This document shows, piece after piece, positions 1-10,737 of a stretch of 43,598 nt of DNA; within the stretch, counting starts at the first letter, position 1; each line of letters begins with the position of its first letter. The position numbers and the translations under genes were made by a program. This DNA comes from Octopus bimaculoides (Eukaryota). Under the pieces are notes generated by a model, which worked only from the letters and a program-made list of their open reading frames with translations, was not told the origin of the DNA and searched no databases. The DNA is taken from assembly GCF_001194135.2 (NCBI RefSeq), contig NC_068998.1, positions 36,354,814-36,398,411 of the forward strand, written 5' to 3'.

Positions 1-420
1 ACCACCACCACCACCACCACCACTATCACGACCACTACCATCCACCACCACCACCACCATCATCAGCCCGCACCCCATTCTCTTCCTCTTCCTCCTCCTC
101 CTCCTCATCATCATTAGCATCATCATCACCAGAATGTACACCACATCTACATCACTTAATCAATCATACCACCATCACCACCCTCATCACTATGAACCAT
201 CGACACTATCACTGCAACCACAGCAATAACCATCACCGGCATCATCATCATCATCAACACAAGCACCACAAGAATCCTCACCGCCACCACTACCTCCACC
301 GCTCCCCCCACCGTCGCCATCTCCACCACTACTCTATACATATCTCATCTCATGTCCACCTCTCCCCCTCTACATCACTCTCCTCCCTATCAGCCCTTCC
401 TCCAAACCTTTCATTGATTA
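1..420. repeat. (CAC/CAT)n-derived low-complexity tract grading into CT-rich sequence
   Basis: Direct reading of accaccacc/catcatcat runs. The His-rich and Val/Met-rich ORFs here are repeat translations. Confidence 0.9.
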
Positions 421-794
421 GCATATTGTAATCTTTTGAACACAATTTATAGAAAATAACGGTGTTTGAGTGCCAGAGAACGGAAGGTGAAGAGAAAGAA
501 ATAACTTGCTCAACAATTTAATTATTGGGTGTGTTCATACGACAGTAATTAGGTGTATTAATCAATGGCATGTGTGTATGTGCATGTGTGTAGAGGTGTG
601 TATGTGCATGTGTGTATGTTTATTTGTGTTTGCGTGTGTCTGTATGCATGTGCGTATGTACAAGTGTGTTAATATGTATTTGTGTACATGTATGTGTGCG
701 TGTGTGCATGAAAATGTGCGTGTATATGTGTGTACTTTTGATGTGTGCGTAGACAGTATTGCATGAATTAATAGTAAGTATATATAAGTATATA

Positions 795-945
795 GGCGCA
801 GGCGTGACCGTGTGGTAAGAAGCTTGTTTCTCAACCATATGGTTCAGGATTCAGGCCTACTACGTGACACCTTGGGCAAGTGTCCTGAAATAAAAAGGCT
901 TGGACCGGCCAAAACCTTGTGAGTACATTTGGTAAAAGCCCGTCT

Positions 946-972
<27 letters not shown>
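795..972 (+). mobile_element. tRNA-derived SINE family A (octopus OK-like), 5' half ending in (TA)n
   Basis: gtgtggtaagaagcttg...ggttcaggattca...caccttgggcaagtgtc...ccaaaaccttgtgagt matches the reverse complement of the copies at 5822-6233 and 43411-43566. Confidence 0.8.
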
Positions 973-974
<2 letters not shown>

Positions 975-977
<3 letters not shown>

Positions 978-1690
978 CATTCGGACAGATAGATGATACA
1001 AAGGCAGGACAAGAGAAGCAACAACTAGGACAGGCAAAAAAAGACAGGTCATTCGTGGTTTTCTTTCCTCAGTCAAGTCCCAAAAGTCATGACCATTTCG
1101 GGCAGTTACACTTGAGATGGCTCGATCTGGTTGCCCCCATAAAAGTCTAAGCTAAGAGCATTAGACCTCTTTGTAAGAATGCAAGCGAATGTGTATGGCA
1201 ACAAAGACAAAAATACAAAAAAGAAAAAAGACGGAGAACAAGGTACACTATTACGAATACAAACAACAAGAAATAAAAACAGGCGTCTTTCGACTGAGAA
1301 CGTTTCAAATTGAGCTAACGTGTATAGAATGAAAGCCTAAAGGCAGGAACATAGGAGATGGACATAAGAGGTGTTGGCGGTGAGCAGTCAGGCTAAGAAA
1401 GAAAGATCATGGCTGGCCGGACACCGGTCACGTGGAAAGAGGAGAGATGGGTAGGGGCAGCTGGATTGAAGGATTAGAAAAAATAAACAGAGACAAAAAG
1501 AAAAGTACAGGGAAGATAAACGAGTGGGAAATGGTGGGAGTTAAAGAAAGAGAAGGCAAGAAATGTGAGAGAGGGGGAACGAGAAAAAGGAAGAAAAATG
1601 AGAGGGGGAATAAAAGTTAGAGTAAGAGTCGTACAAAATTTACATACATACCTACTATAAGGTGAGCACAAGGGTGTACGTACGTCGCTA
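975..1690 (-). repeat. Unclassified interspersed repeat, pyrimidine-rich on the minus strand; possibly a retroelement 3' UTR
   Basis: Strong purine/pyrimidine strand skew, bounded by (TA)n on both sides. No convincing ORF was found. Confidence 0.3.
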
Positions 1691-1782
1691 TATATATATA
1701 NNNNNNNNNNNNNNNNNNNNNNNNNNNNNNNNNNNNNNNNNNNNNNNNNNNNNNNNNNNNNNNNNNNNNNNNNNNNNNNNNN

Positions 1783-2480
1783 ATATATGACTTAAGATAG
1801 TTCCCGGTGTTTGTAAATATATGGTTGAGTTGGTGTGTTGGTTGAACGTGCATCTATTCACTTTAGAATCTTAGATGGAGGATTTTTGGAATGTCTTACA
1901 AATATTCAGTGTCACAAATAAATTGGATTTGGAGAATCCACGTCAGTTTCTTCAAAAAACATGGTAGTATTTCAAGGTTTTTATGTAAATTTGTTGGTAC
2001 ACAACCCAATGTACCTATGATGATAAAAACAACTGAGAATTTATTGTTACGGTACAAGAGCTGTAAGTTCCACGTTAATTCATCATGTTTTGTTTTCCAA
2101 GGACTTTTGATTGTACAACAGTGCTTGATTATTGTTCCGTATCCTGCAGAACAATTTCAGGTTTGTTATCTTTGCACCGAATTGCTGTTTTTAATGGAAT
2201 GTTCCATCAGTATTCCTTGTTTTTAAAAGTGTGAATATATGCTGGTTCTGATAGGGCAATCTGTCCTGGGGATAGCTTCGTAAATAATCTTTGCAGCTAT
2301 ATCATGCCCCAGGGGCAGGTAGTATTTCGTAGACATTTTGAGGCAGCCTCTGATGATGCGAATGATATTCCACGCTGATATAGCAGAACAGACAATCTCT
2401 ATCATAACGGGGAAGTTTGGTGATAGATGTGTTCCTCTTGTTCATCAGGTGTTTGGTAGCAATCTCCTGTTCTTGAAAAG
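1783..2480 (-). mobile_element. 5'-truncated non-LTR retrotransposon with CCHC knuckle and restriction-like endonuclease (REL; R4/NeSL-type), frameshifted
   Basis: Minus-strand pieces read FQEQEIATKHL...CLFC...HII.GC.KMSTKYYLPLGHD, EY*WNIPLKTAIRCKDNKPEIVLQD (PD..D-like) and NLQLLYRNNKFSVVFIIIGTLGCVPTNL...LQIQ. The 5' end abuts (ATGT)n at 2482-2520. Confidence 0.8.
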
Positions 2481-2481
2481 C

Positions 2482-2512
<31 letters not shown>

Positions 2513-3454
2513 TGCATGTATCGATGGGTGGATGTACACGCGCGCGCGCACATACACACACAGTACACATATAACGCCAATCTTAGTCCTTTGCTAGAGA
2601 GGGACTACTTACTGTAGTGATCACTCTCCGAAGGTTTTGTAATTAAATCATTTCAAGTAAGAAAATGCTGGAGATCGAGGTTAGCTATTGCATATGGTGG
2701 AACTACCAAGAAATATTCCACTGAACTTTTAAAATCAATCAAGACTTGTTTCTACTTTACGAAAAAACGATATAAAAGATCTCTCGATTTGGTATATGAA
2801 GTGGATAAAAAGCTACTAGAATACAAAATATCTTAGTTATTTACATAAATGTGCGATGCAGCTACGCCAGTAAATTACACTCGTATAGAAGAAATATGGT
2901 GTCTTAGCCTAGAAACATCAGCCATCAAGGATGCAGATTAAATAATAGTTTTAGAAGATTGTGCCTTCGAGAAAATTTCTAAAAATGCATGGCTCAGAAA
3001 AAATATGACATTGGTTTACAAAGAGAAAGGAATGCTGCTATCATATACACAAGCAGGCGTCATTTACGAAGATAAAAATATATAGAAATTAAGAAAGGAT
3101 GAAAACATCTAGAAATACAGCTTATAGCAAAATTTAAGAACTTCAGTTTTTACTTCAACAACTCTAAATTAAAGAACGATTATGAGTTGAGTCGATTAAA
3201 AAAAAATAATCAAAAATCTAGCGACTGGATGTTATCAGTGATCGATCAAATTACTAAAGAACACCGAGCACAGATTGGCGCTCACAGATTTAAGATATTG
3301 AATGTCTCACGGTACTGTGCTGCAATTATCATTTGCCAACAGATGGGAGTGACAAAGATCAATGGAGAAGATAACACGCAAGTAAAACGGATTAGCTTTT
3401 GTTCAAAGCATTTAACAGGCTACGGAAAAAACATTGGACAGTTGTATATTATTG

Positions 3455-3660
3455 GTTTCAAATTTTGGCACTAGGCAGCAATTTCAGGGAGGTGGTAAGT
3501 GGATTACATTGACCCCAGTGCTCACCTGATACTTATTTTATCGATCCCGATTGGATGAACGACAAGGTCGAATTTGGCGGGATTTGCACCAGAAAGTAAA
3601 GACGGACGAAATGCCGCATTTTACCTGGCGTGCTAACGATTCTGCTAGCTCACGGCCTTA
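3455..3660 (-). mobile_element. tRNA-derived SINE family B (octopus OR-like)
   Basis: Reverse complement of aaggc.gtgagctagcagaatcgttagcacgcc...tggggtcaatgtaatc...aaatttgaaacc, homologous to 24075-24308. Confidence 0.8.
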
Positions 3661-3689
3661 CAAATACATATTATCAGATGGGAAGAGAC

Positions 3690-3903
3690 GATGGCGATCA
3701 GACAGTTTCGTTAGAGCGTCGGCAAAAATGCATAACGGCATTTCTTCCGGCTTTACTTTCTGAGTTTGAGTTCCGCCGAGGTCAACTTCGACTTTCATCA
3801 TTTTGGGGTCGATAACATAAGTACCAGCTGAACACTGGAGTCGATATAATCGATTTATCTCCTTCTTTGAACTTGATGACCTTGTGCCAAACTTTGAAAT
3901 CAA
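3690..3903 (+). mobile_element. SINE family B, head-to-head with the previous copy
   Basis: ttctgagtttgagttccgccgaggtcaacttcgactttcatcattttggggtcgataacataagtaccag...ccttgtgccaaactttgaaatc. Confidence 0.8.
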
Positions 3904-4124
3904 TTACATATATCAGCATTGTTGTAAATGCTCCTCTCCGAGATGATTTAGGGTCCTTCTGGAGAAGGAGAATTGCGAATCTGGTATATGAATAAAGCGT
4001 AATGTGGCTAAATAAGTTACAAAATGATTACTGAGAAATATCAATTAAAATTAACCAGGTGAGAATTGATAGTTGGATATTGGAAGCCAATGTTTTACAC
4101 GAAAGCTTATTTTTATAATACTTA

Positions 4125-4203
4125 CTCATGGTACCACGTAGTGGGGCTGAACCAGGAACCATGTGGCTGGGAACCAAGCTTCTTACCACACAGCTGTGCC
4201 TCA
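4125..4203 (-). mobile_element. SINE family A head fragment
   Basis: ctgaaccaggaaccatgtggctgggaaccaagcttcttaccacacagc. Confidence 0.7.
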
Positions 4204-5144
4204 TGTCTCTGTCTCTCTCTCCTCCCCTTTCTCTCTTTCAAAGACAGCTACGTTAAAGACACCAGTGAAACACTGTTCATATCGCTGGCTTACAAAATCC
4301 TTTCAACACCACCATGTGGACACAAGAAAGCAGTTAAGATAGTAGTGTGTGATTTGAATGAGACTTTGTTACTACTCTAGCTGTCGAGGTACCACATAAA
4401 TGTTCCATCAATGTTTGGCACAGCTGGACTACCATACAAAAGCAAGGTTAAACAGATATTTTCAGCTGACTAAGCTCACATCCTGCCTATTACTAACAAG
4501 TATTTTATGAATTCTCTGTCGATGGTATTGTTGTCTAACGCTAAATCAAACTTGATCGAGCAGATTTATGGCTAAAGCATTCCAGCCGCAAACATCACCT
4601 TTCCCCTTTGCAGTGGAACTAGGGTCATATTATTTAACTTGAAAGTGCCTAGTTTTAAAACGGTAGAATGTAATTTGAGGTAGAGTTGACTGTTAATTGT
4701 AGCAACCAGCGTGAAACTACCTCATTCGTTTGAATTCCATGGGGGTTAGAAATATGAGTTACAGTGGGGAAGTATTAATGTTGTTGTTGCTATTGATGTT
4801 TAACTGCAGATCAGCTATGATTAAGCAGAACCATGATCGAAAGCATTGCAATTGTGACCATCATATTTTTCTTATGTGAACTGAGCACAGTTGCATGCTG
4901 TGCAATGTGTTTATTTTCATTAAGACAATGTAACAGGTTTTGATAGAAATTTGGGTGATATTTCCAGCAGGCTAGGTGACCATGTAGTGACTGCCTCGTT
5001 GTCTCGAGAAAGTATTGATCATGTGATATGCTGGGATTTGAACACAAGATCATTGTATCGATTTCTCACATAGTTACGCAGCTACAAATTTGCAGATAGG
5101 TATGGTCGATGAAATCAATCTCAGCATTTGACTGTTACTTATTA

Positions 5145-5262
5145 TAACTGAACCTAGAAGGATGAGAGACAGACATTGATCTAGCTGGGATTTGAACTTA
5201 AAGCAAAGGAACACAATTAATAATACCGCATAATATTTTGACGGCTGCACTACTAATTCTAC
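5145..5262 (-). mobile_element. Degenerate SINE family B fragment
   Basis: gaaggatgagagacagacattgatctagctgggatttgaact resembles the B-box and central region in reverse. Confidence 0.45.
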
Positions 5263-5821
5263 CATCAACAATTGCTTGTGTAACATTATAATATCAGCAA
5301 ACTTTTTCTCGAAAGCACTCACATCAACTATTACTTCAATACAGATTAAATTAACAGAAATTAAATCCGAACCAATATTCCGCGCACCGCCAGTTATCGG
5401 CGTAAAAATATTAAACTAATTAGAAAGAAACGTTAATGAAGATTTAGAAATCAGTTAAGATTGAGAAGGATAATAGAAAGGAAACCAAAACTAATGACGT
5501 TTTGAGAAAGTTTGTGAGTGTAAATAAGACTTTATGCCGCAGGGAGAAACGGAAGCTGTCATATCGAGGCTCTCTTTTAGTTTCAGTGAAAAAAATACAC
5601 ATTTATCTTCCTTTTATAGAATAAAATTGTCTACAAAAAAAAACAACTTTTTTCTGGAAGAATAATTGTCCCTAAATATTGATATTTCCTTCTCTCCCAT
5701 TCCCACTTCTTCCTACTTACGAACTTCTTCCTATATTTCGTTTTTGGATTTGGTTTGCAAGATTCTTTATGTGAGTTCGTGTGTTGAAGCATATTCTGTT
5801 GTGTCTGGGGAGAGTCATTTT

Positions 5822-6233
5822 CGTTTTACTCTTTTATTTGACTGCGGCCATGCTGGAACACCGCCTTTAGTCGAGCAAATCGACCCCAAGACTTATTCTT
5901 TGTAAGCCTAGTACTTATTCTATCGGTCTCTTTCGCCGAACCGCTAAGTTATGGGGACGTAAACACACCAGCATCGGTTGTCAAGCGATGTTGGGGGGAC
6001 AAACACAGACACACAAACACAGACACACAGACATATACACACACATACATATGTATACATATATATATATACGACGAGCTTCTTTCAGTTTCCGTCTACC
6101 AAATCCACTCACAAGGCTTTGGTCAGCCCGAGGCTATAGTAGAAGACAGTTGCCCAAGGTGCCACGCCGTGGGAATGAACCCGGAACCATGTGGTTGATA
6201 AGCAAGCTACTTACCACACAGCCACTCCTGTGC
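5822..6233 (-). mobile_element. Full-length SINE family A with internal (CA/TA) microsatellite
   Basis: tRNA-like head (6150-6233), ccttgggcaa body, central microsatellite, and a 3' half matching 17258-17503 with a (TTTAC/TC) tail. Confidence 0.92.
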
Positions 6234-6508
6234 CTATAATTGTGCATTATAATTTAACATAATCATTGGTAAAATTTCCACTTATTCCTTATTTTTATTT
6301 TCCTAAAATTTTCGTTGCATCTTGCAACCTTTTCAATAGTCTTGACTCTCCTATATATTTAACTAAATATATTCCCTTATATATTTGCCGCCACTTTCCA
6401 CAGACTCATTCATTTTACTCTTCTGGCACTCGAATGCTCGTATAATCATCTCCTCTCAAAATTGCTGGCCATGTGTCCAAATCAGAAATCCTTAGGGTTA
6501 TTAGGAAT

Positions 6509-7390
6509 AAGGCGGTGAGCGGGCAGAATCGTTAGCATGCCGTACAAAGTACTATTCAGTATTTGGTCCGTCTTTATGCCTTGAGTTGAAAATTCCGCCG
6601 AGGTCAACTTAACTTTCAACCTTTTGGAGACTGATAAAATAAGTACCAGTTGAAAACTGGGTCGATGTAATTGACTTACCTCCGCACTGAAATTGCTGGC
6701 CTTGTGCCAAAATTTGCAACTATTATTATTATTAATAACAAGGTGGTGAGCGGGTAGAATCCTTGGCATGTCGTACGAAATGCTTAATTGCATTTCTTCC
6801 AGCTTTACATGTGAGTTCAAATTCCAGTGAGGTCAGTTTCCTTTCATTCTTTCAGGGTCAATAAATTAAGAATCAGTTGTGCATAGGAGTCGTTGTATTC
6901 GATTTGCTCCTTCCCCCAAAATTTCAGGTCTTGTACCTATTGTAGAAAGAATTATCATTATCATTATTAATTTCAAATTTCGTATCGTTATTATTGTTAT
7001 TATATTTTACGTTCTGATTTCAAATTCTACCGAGGTCGACTTTGCCTTTCATCATCTTGGGGTCGATAAATTTAGTACCAGTGGAACACTGGGGTCTATG
7101 AAATCGACTAGTCCCCTCCCACCAAATTTCAGGCTTTGTGCCTATAATAGAAAGGATTATTATTGTTTTTTTTTTAAAGGCGGTGCGCTGGCAGAATCTT
7201 TAGCACACCGGACAATATGCTTAGCAGCTTTTCGTCCGTCTTCACGTTCTGAGTTCAAATTCAGCCAAGGTCGACTTTGCCTTTCATCTTTTCGGTGTCG
7301 ATCAAATAAGTACCAGTTGAACACTGGAGTCAGTGTAATCGACTTGTCCCCTCCCCAAAAATGTCAGGCCTTGTGTTTATTGTAGAAAGG

Positions 7391-7441
<51 letters not shown>

Positions 7442-7620
7442 TAAGGCGGCGAGCTAGCAAAATCGTTAGCAAGCAATACAAAATGTTTAGCAGCCTTATC
7501 TTCTTTCATCCTTTATGTTTTATCCTTCACCTTTCATCCTTTCGGAGTTGATGACATAAATACGAGAGGAAGACTGGGGTCGACTTAATCGACTTAACCC
7601 CTCTCTCAAAATTTGAAACT
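6509..7620 (+). mobile_element. Head-to-tail chain of five SINE family B copies (6509-6735, 6740-6968, 7007-7165 headless, 7177-7441, 7443-7620)
   Basis: Four units start aagg(c/t)gg(t/c)g(a/c)gc and all five carry the ctttcatc..ggggtcga central motif. The first four end in (ATT)n. Confidence 0.85.
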
Positions 7621-8277
7621 CCTACTTTTATCCTCCTCCTTCTCCTCATCTTCATCCTCGTCACCATCATCATCATAATCATCATTATCGTTGTTTTGGT
7701 TGTCCACAGATTGCTGATGTCGTATTTCGGTTCTCGCTGTTGGCGAGTTTTTGGCTTCGCTTTTCCAAGAATTTTCGTAAGACGATATATTTTGACGTAC
7801 CTAATGCCTTTTCACAAAAGTGCAAACATTTTTATTCAATTAATTTTCATTCCATTTTGAAAAGTAGAGAATCTACTGAACATTTTGTTTCTGTTTAGTT
7901 CAACTTAGATGCTGTTTGTTATTAACACATTTTTCAAGTGTTTGGATTACTAGTTTACAAGTCATCGATTAATATTTTTACATGAATAACTATTTTACAT
8001 AGAGTGTAAATTTTATTAAATTGTTTTGCATAAATTAACTTTCAGCATTTTAGTACATTCATTCGCTTTCGCTTTGTTTTTTTGCTTCGACCTAAATCAT
8101 TATGGCGCCAAGTGACTTAAGCAACTCCACCATCACCAACCATAAATGAAAAGCATACAAAAACTTCGAAGAACATAAGTGGAAATACATGCTAGGCAAC
8201 CAAACACATTCTCAGACACTGAAAATGTTAATTTAAGAAGTCTTACTGGCAACAACATCAAAACAACAACAACACTA

Positions 8278-8476
8278 TATGCAAGTTTGGCCAAAAGTCG
8301 CCTGACAGTAAATCGAAATCATTTAATAAAAGCATCTAAATATGAAACATCATGAAAATTGTTCAAACTGAAGTCCTTCTTGAGTGACACATTTTTCCAT
8401 TCGAGTCAATACAAAATTACAGGTAGTATTTCTGGAATTTTGATTTACTGTCGGGTGGCTTTTGGCCAACCCTTTA
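8278..8476. mobile_element. MITE with ~35-40 bp terminal inverted repeats, Tc1/mariner-like
   Basis: Left end ttggccaaaagtcgcctgacagtaaatcgaaat versus reverse complement of the right end ttggccaaaagccacccgacagtaaatcaaaat. TA dinucleotides flank both ends. Confidence 0.75.
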
Positions 8477-8479
8477 TAA

Positions 8480-8720
8480 TCATTTCTGCTAGACGCATAA
8501 AGCCTGAAATTTGTGGGGAGGGGGTATAACGATTACATAGACCCGAGCGTTCAAGTGGTACTTGTTTCATCTCTCTCTGGAAGAATGGAAGGCAAAGCCG
8601 ACCTCAGGGGAATCTGAACACAGAAAGGATGAAAGGTAAAGTCGACCTCGGGGGAATCTGAACACAGAAAGGATGAAAGGTAAAGTCGAACTCGGGGAAA
8701 TTAAACTAACGATTCTTCCA
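8480..8720 (-). mobile_element. SINE family B with internal 44-bp tandem amplification
   Basis: gaaaggtaaagtcgacctcgggggaatctgaacacagaaaggat occurs about 2.7 times (starts at 8587, 8631, 8675). Confidence 0.8.
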
Positions 8721-8779
8721 ACTGGTTACCACCACCATCGACACAAAACGAGAAAACAAAGGACACAAGTCCAGAAAAT

Positions 8780-8850
8780 TTTTACGAGTAGTTACATCGA
8801 TTATATCAACCTCAGTACTCAACTGGTACTTACTTTATCGACCCTGGAAG
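8780..8850 (-). mobile_element. SINE family B 3' fragment
   Basis: acatcgattatatcaacctcagtactcaactggtacttactttatcgaccc. Confidence 0.65.
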
Positions 8851-9166
8851 GCCTTTTCCTTTTCTTTTTTCTCTTCATCTTATTTTTCTCTTTCTTCTTT
8901 CCTTTTCTTTTTGCCAGTTGTAAACTTGAAAACTGAAGTCGGATGATGTGATTCCATTAACATGAGAACGCAAGCCGCCCTCGTTCACATTTTTGAATTT
9001 GAATTTTCATAATTTTGAATTTCTATGTATCACTTTTCATTGTGAACTCGGCAAAGACAGGCAAGCTGTCGAAATATCTTTGAAATTAATAAAATATCTA
9101 TTGCAACCGCATCGCGCGCTTCGTATTGGCTATTTAGCTTTGTGAGGAGTTGCCTCAATCCTTTTA

Positions 9167-9205
<39 letters not shown>

Positions 9206-9233
9206 TATGATGATGATGATGATGACGATAATC

Positions 9234-9492
9234 TTTGTTTATGGAGGACCTGAAATTGTTTGGGAAATCTGAAAAACAGATAAATTCCTTAACCAAAACA
9301 GTCCAGAAGTGTGGTAGAATTGCACTACTGGGCACTGCATACATCCTACGCAAAACATTGTCAATACAGTAACCATAAGAGCATCACAGCAAACCACAGC
9401 ACATACCCAAGGCGCACAGAGCTGCGCTCGGTAGTAAAGTGAAAGCACGTTATAAAAATAAAACTACTGAATAATAGTAATAATAATAATAA
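9234..9492 (+). mobile_element. Mosaic R4/Dong-like LINE remnant: RT catalytic motif joined to C-terminus, 3' UTR and (AAT)n tail
   Basis: In frame 9235-9372: LFMEDLKLFGKSEKQINSLTKTVQKCGRIALLGTAYILRKTLSIQ*. The 3' UTR is homologous to 14350-14460. Confidence 0.75.
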
Positions 9493-9493
9493 A

Positions 9494-10085
9494 ACATACC
9501 TACATACATAGAACCAGGCCTATCCCCATTTTTAGAAGAGGAGAGGTATCCACAAGACACATACCAGGCATTCCATTCATTTCCCAGCTCACAGAGGCGA
9601 GCCCGGTCCTGTGCTCGGGTCGAGACATAGAACGCAACCCCCAATATCAGCAGCGGTGCTCGACAGCATATGCTGGCTTACCCCCGCTGCATCATGCTGG
9701 CTTACCCCCGCTGCGTCATGCTAGTTCCGTGCCCCTTTGAGCAACATCAAATTCACTCGTCCGTCCACAAACACTCTCCAAGCTTTTCTATCATGTATAA
9801 ACTCTCCTGCCTCTCCCACTCCAACACCTCTAACTACCATTGCCTCCTCATTCCATCCATCCACACAAACCGAGGTCTGCCTCTGATTCTGCTGCCTACC
9901 ATTTCAGCCTTCAACACCCTCTTTACCATCCGCTCCTCATCTATCTTTTCCATGTGACCAAATCACCTCAACATTGGTCTATCCATTTTGGGTGTTAGTT
10001 TTTCACTCATTACTGCTCGTCTTCGCACCACCTCATTCCTCAGCCCGTCCATCCGTGTCACACCAATTATAGCCCTTAAACATCT
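9494..10085 (-). mobile_element. RTE-clade LINE 3' end with (TATG)n tail
   Basis: MRCLRAIIGVTRMDGLRNEVVRRR...MDRPMLR*FGHM...VKRVLKAEM...RGRPRFVWMDGM, typical of an RTE RT C-terminus. The 3' UTR holds a 24-bp tandem duplication at 9670-9723. Confidence 0.85.
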
Positions 10086-10364
10086 CATCACAAACAATAA
10101 TATTAAGCAAGGATTTTGAGACTGGTACTTGGAGGTTAAGTATTGCGGAAGACCTTGGGAAACCCTTGACAAAAGGTTGTTGTCCATTCTTACAGAAATA
10201 GCCGGAGCAAGTAAAATCAAGAGCTCTCAGAAATGTACAACAACAACAATAACAACAACAACAAAGACGACGAAGATAATAATAAGTATAATTTATAACA
10301 TATATACAGGATCAAGTATTTTGGCGGGAGGGAACAATCAATTAGACGGTGGTTGGTTGGCACT

Positions 10365-10737
10365 GTCGGTTTCGACAACGAGGGTTCCGGTTGATCCGAT
10401 CAACGGAACAGCTTGCTCGTGAAATTAACGTGTAAGTGGCTGAGCACTCCACAGACACGTGTACCCTTAGCGTAGTTCTCGGGGGAGATTCAGCGTAACA
10501 CAGAATGTGACAAGGCTGGCTCTTTGAATTACAGGTACAACAGAAACAGGAAGTAAGAGTGAGAGAAAGTTGGGGTGAAAGAGTACAGCAGGGTTCGCCA
10601 CCATCCCCTGTCGGAGCCTAGTGGAACTTTAGGTGTTTTCGCTCAATAAACACTAACAACGCCCGGTCTGGAAATCGAAACCACGATCCTACGACCACGA
10701 GTCCGCTGCCCTAACCACTGGGCCATTGCGCCTCCAC
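10365..10737 (-). mobile_element. tRNA-derived SINE family C, 3' tail type 1
   Basis: Head ggaggcgcaatggcccagtggttagggcagcggactc (A box) ... gtttcgatttcc (B box). The body is shared with 23549-23745. Confidence 0.9.

Noticed and set aside
156-838. His-rich, Val/Met-rich and Cys/Val ORFs in the track
   Set aside because: They are translations of (CAC/CAT)n and (GT)n repeats. The same applies to the poly-I/L/S/SIYL/ERER ORFs elsewhere.
1081-1180. Possible hammerhead motif on the minus strand (gggca...tgccc GAAA tggTC)
   Set aside because: The upstream core matches CUGAUGA at only 4 of 7 positions and stem I does not pair.
8581-8705. Regularly spaced repeats as a CRISPR-like array
   Set aside because: The units are contiguous with no unique spacers, they derive from a SINE, and the context is eukaryotic.
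10670-10737. tRNA-like heads as genuine tRNA genes (also 23680-23745 and 24075-24165)
   Set aside because: They lack a complete cloverleaf and continue into SINE bodies.
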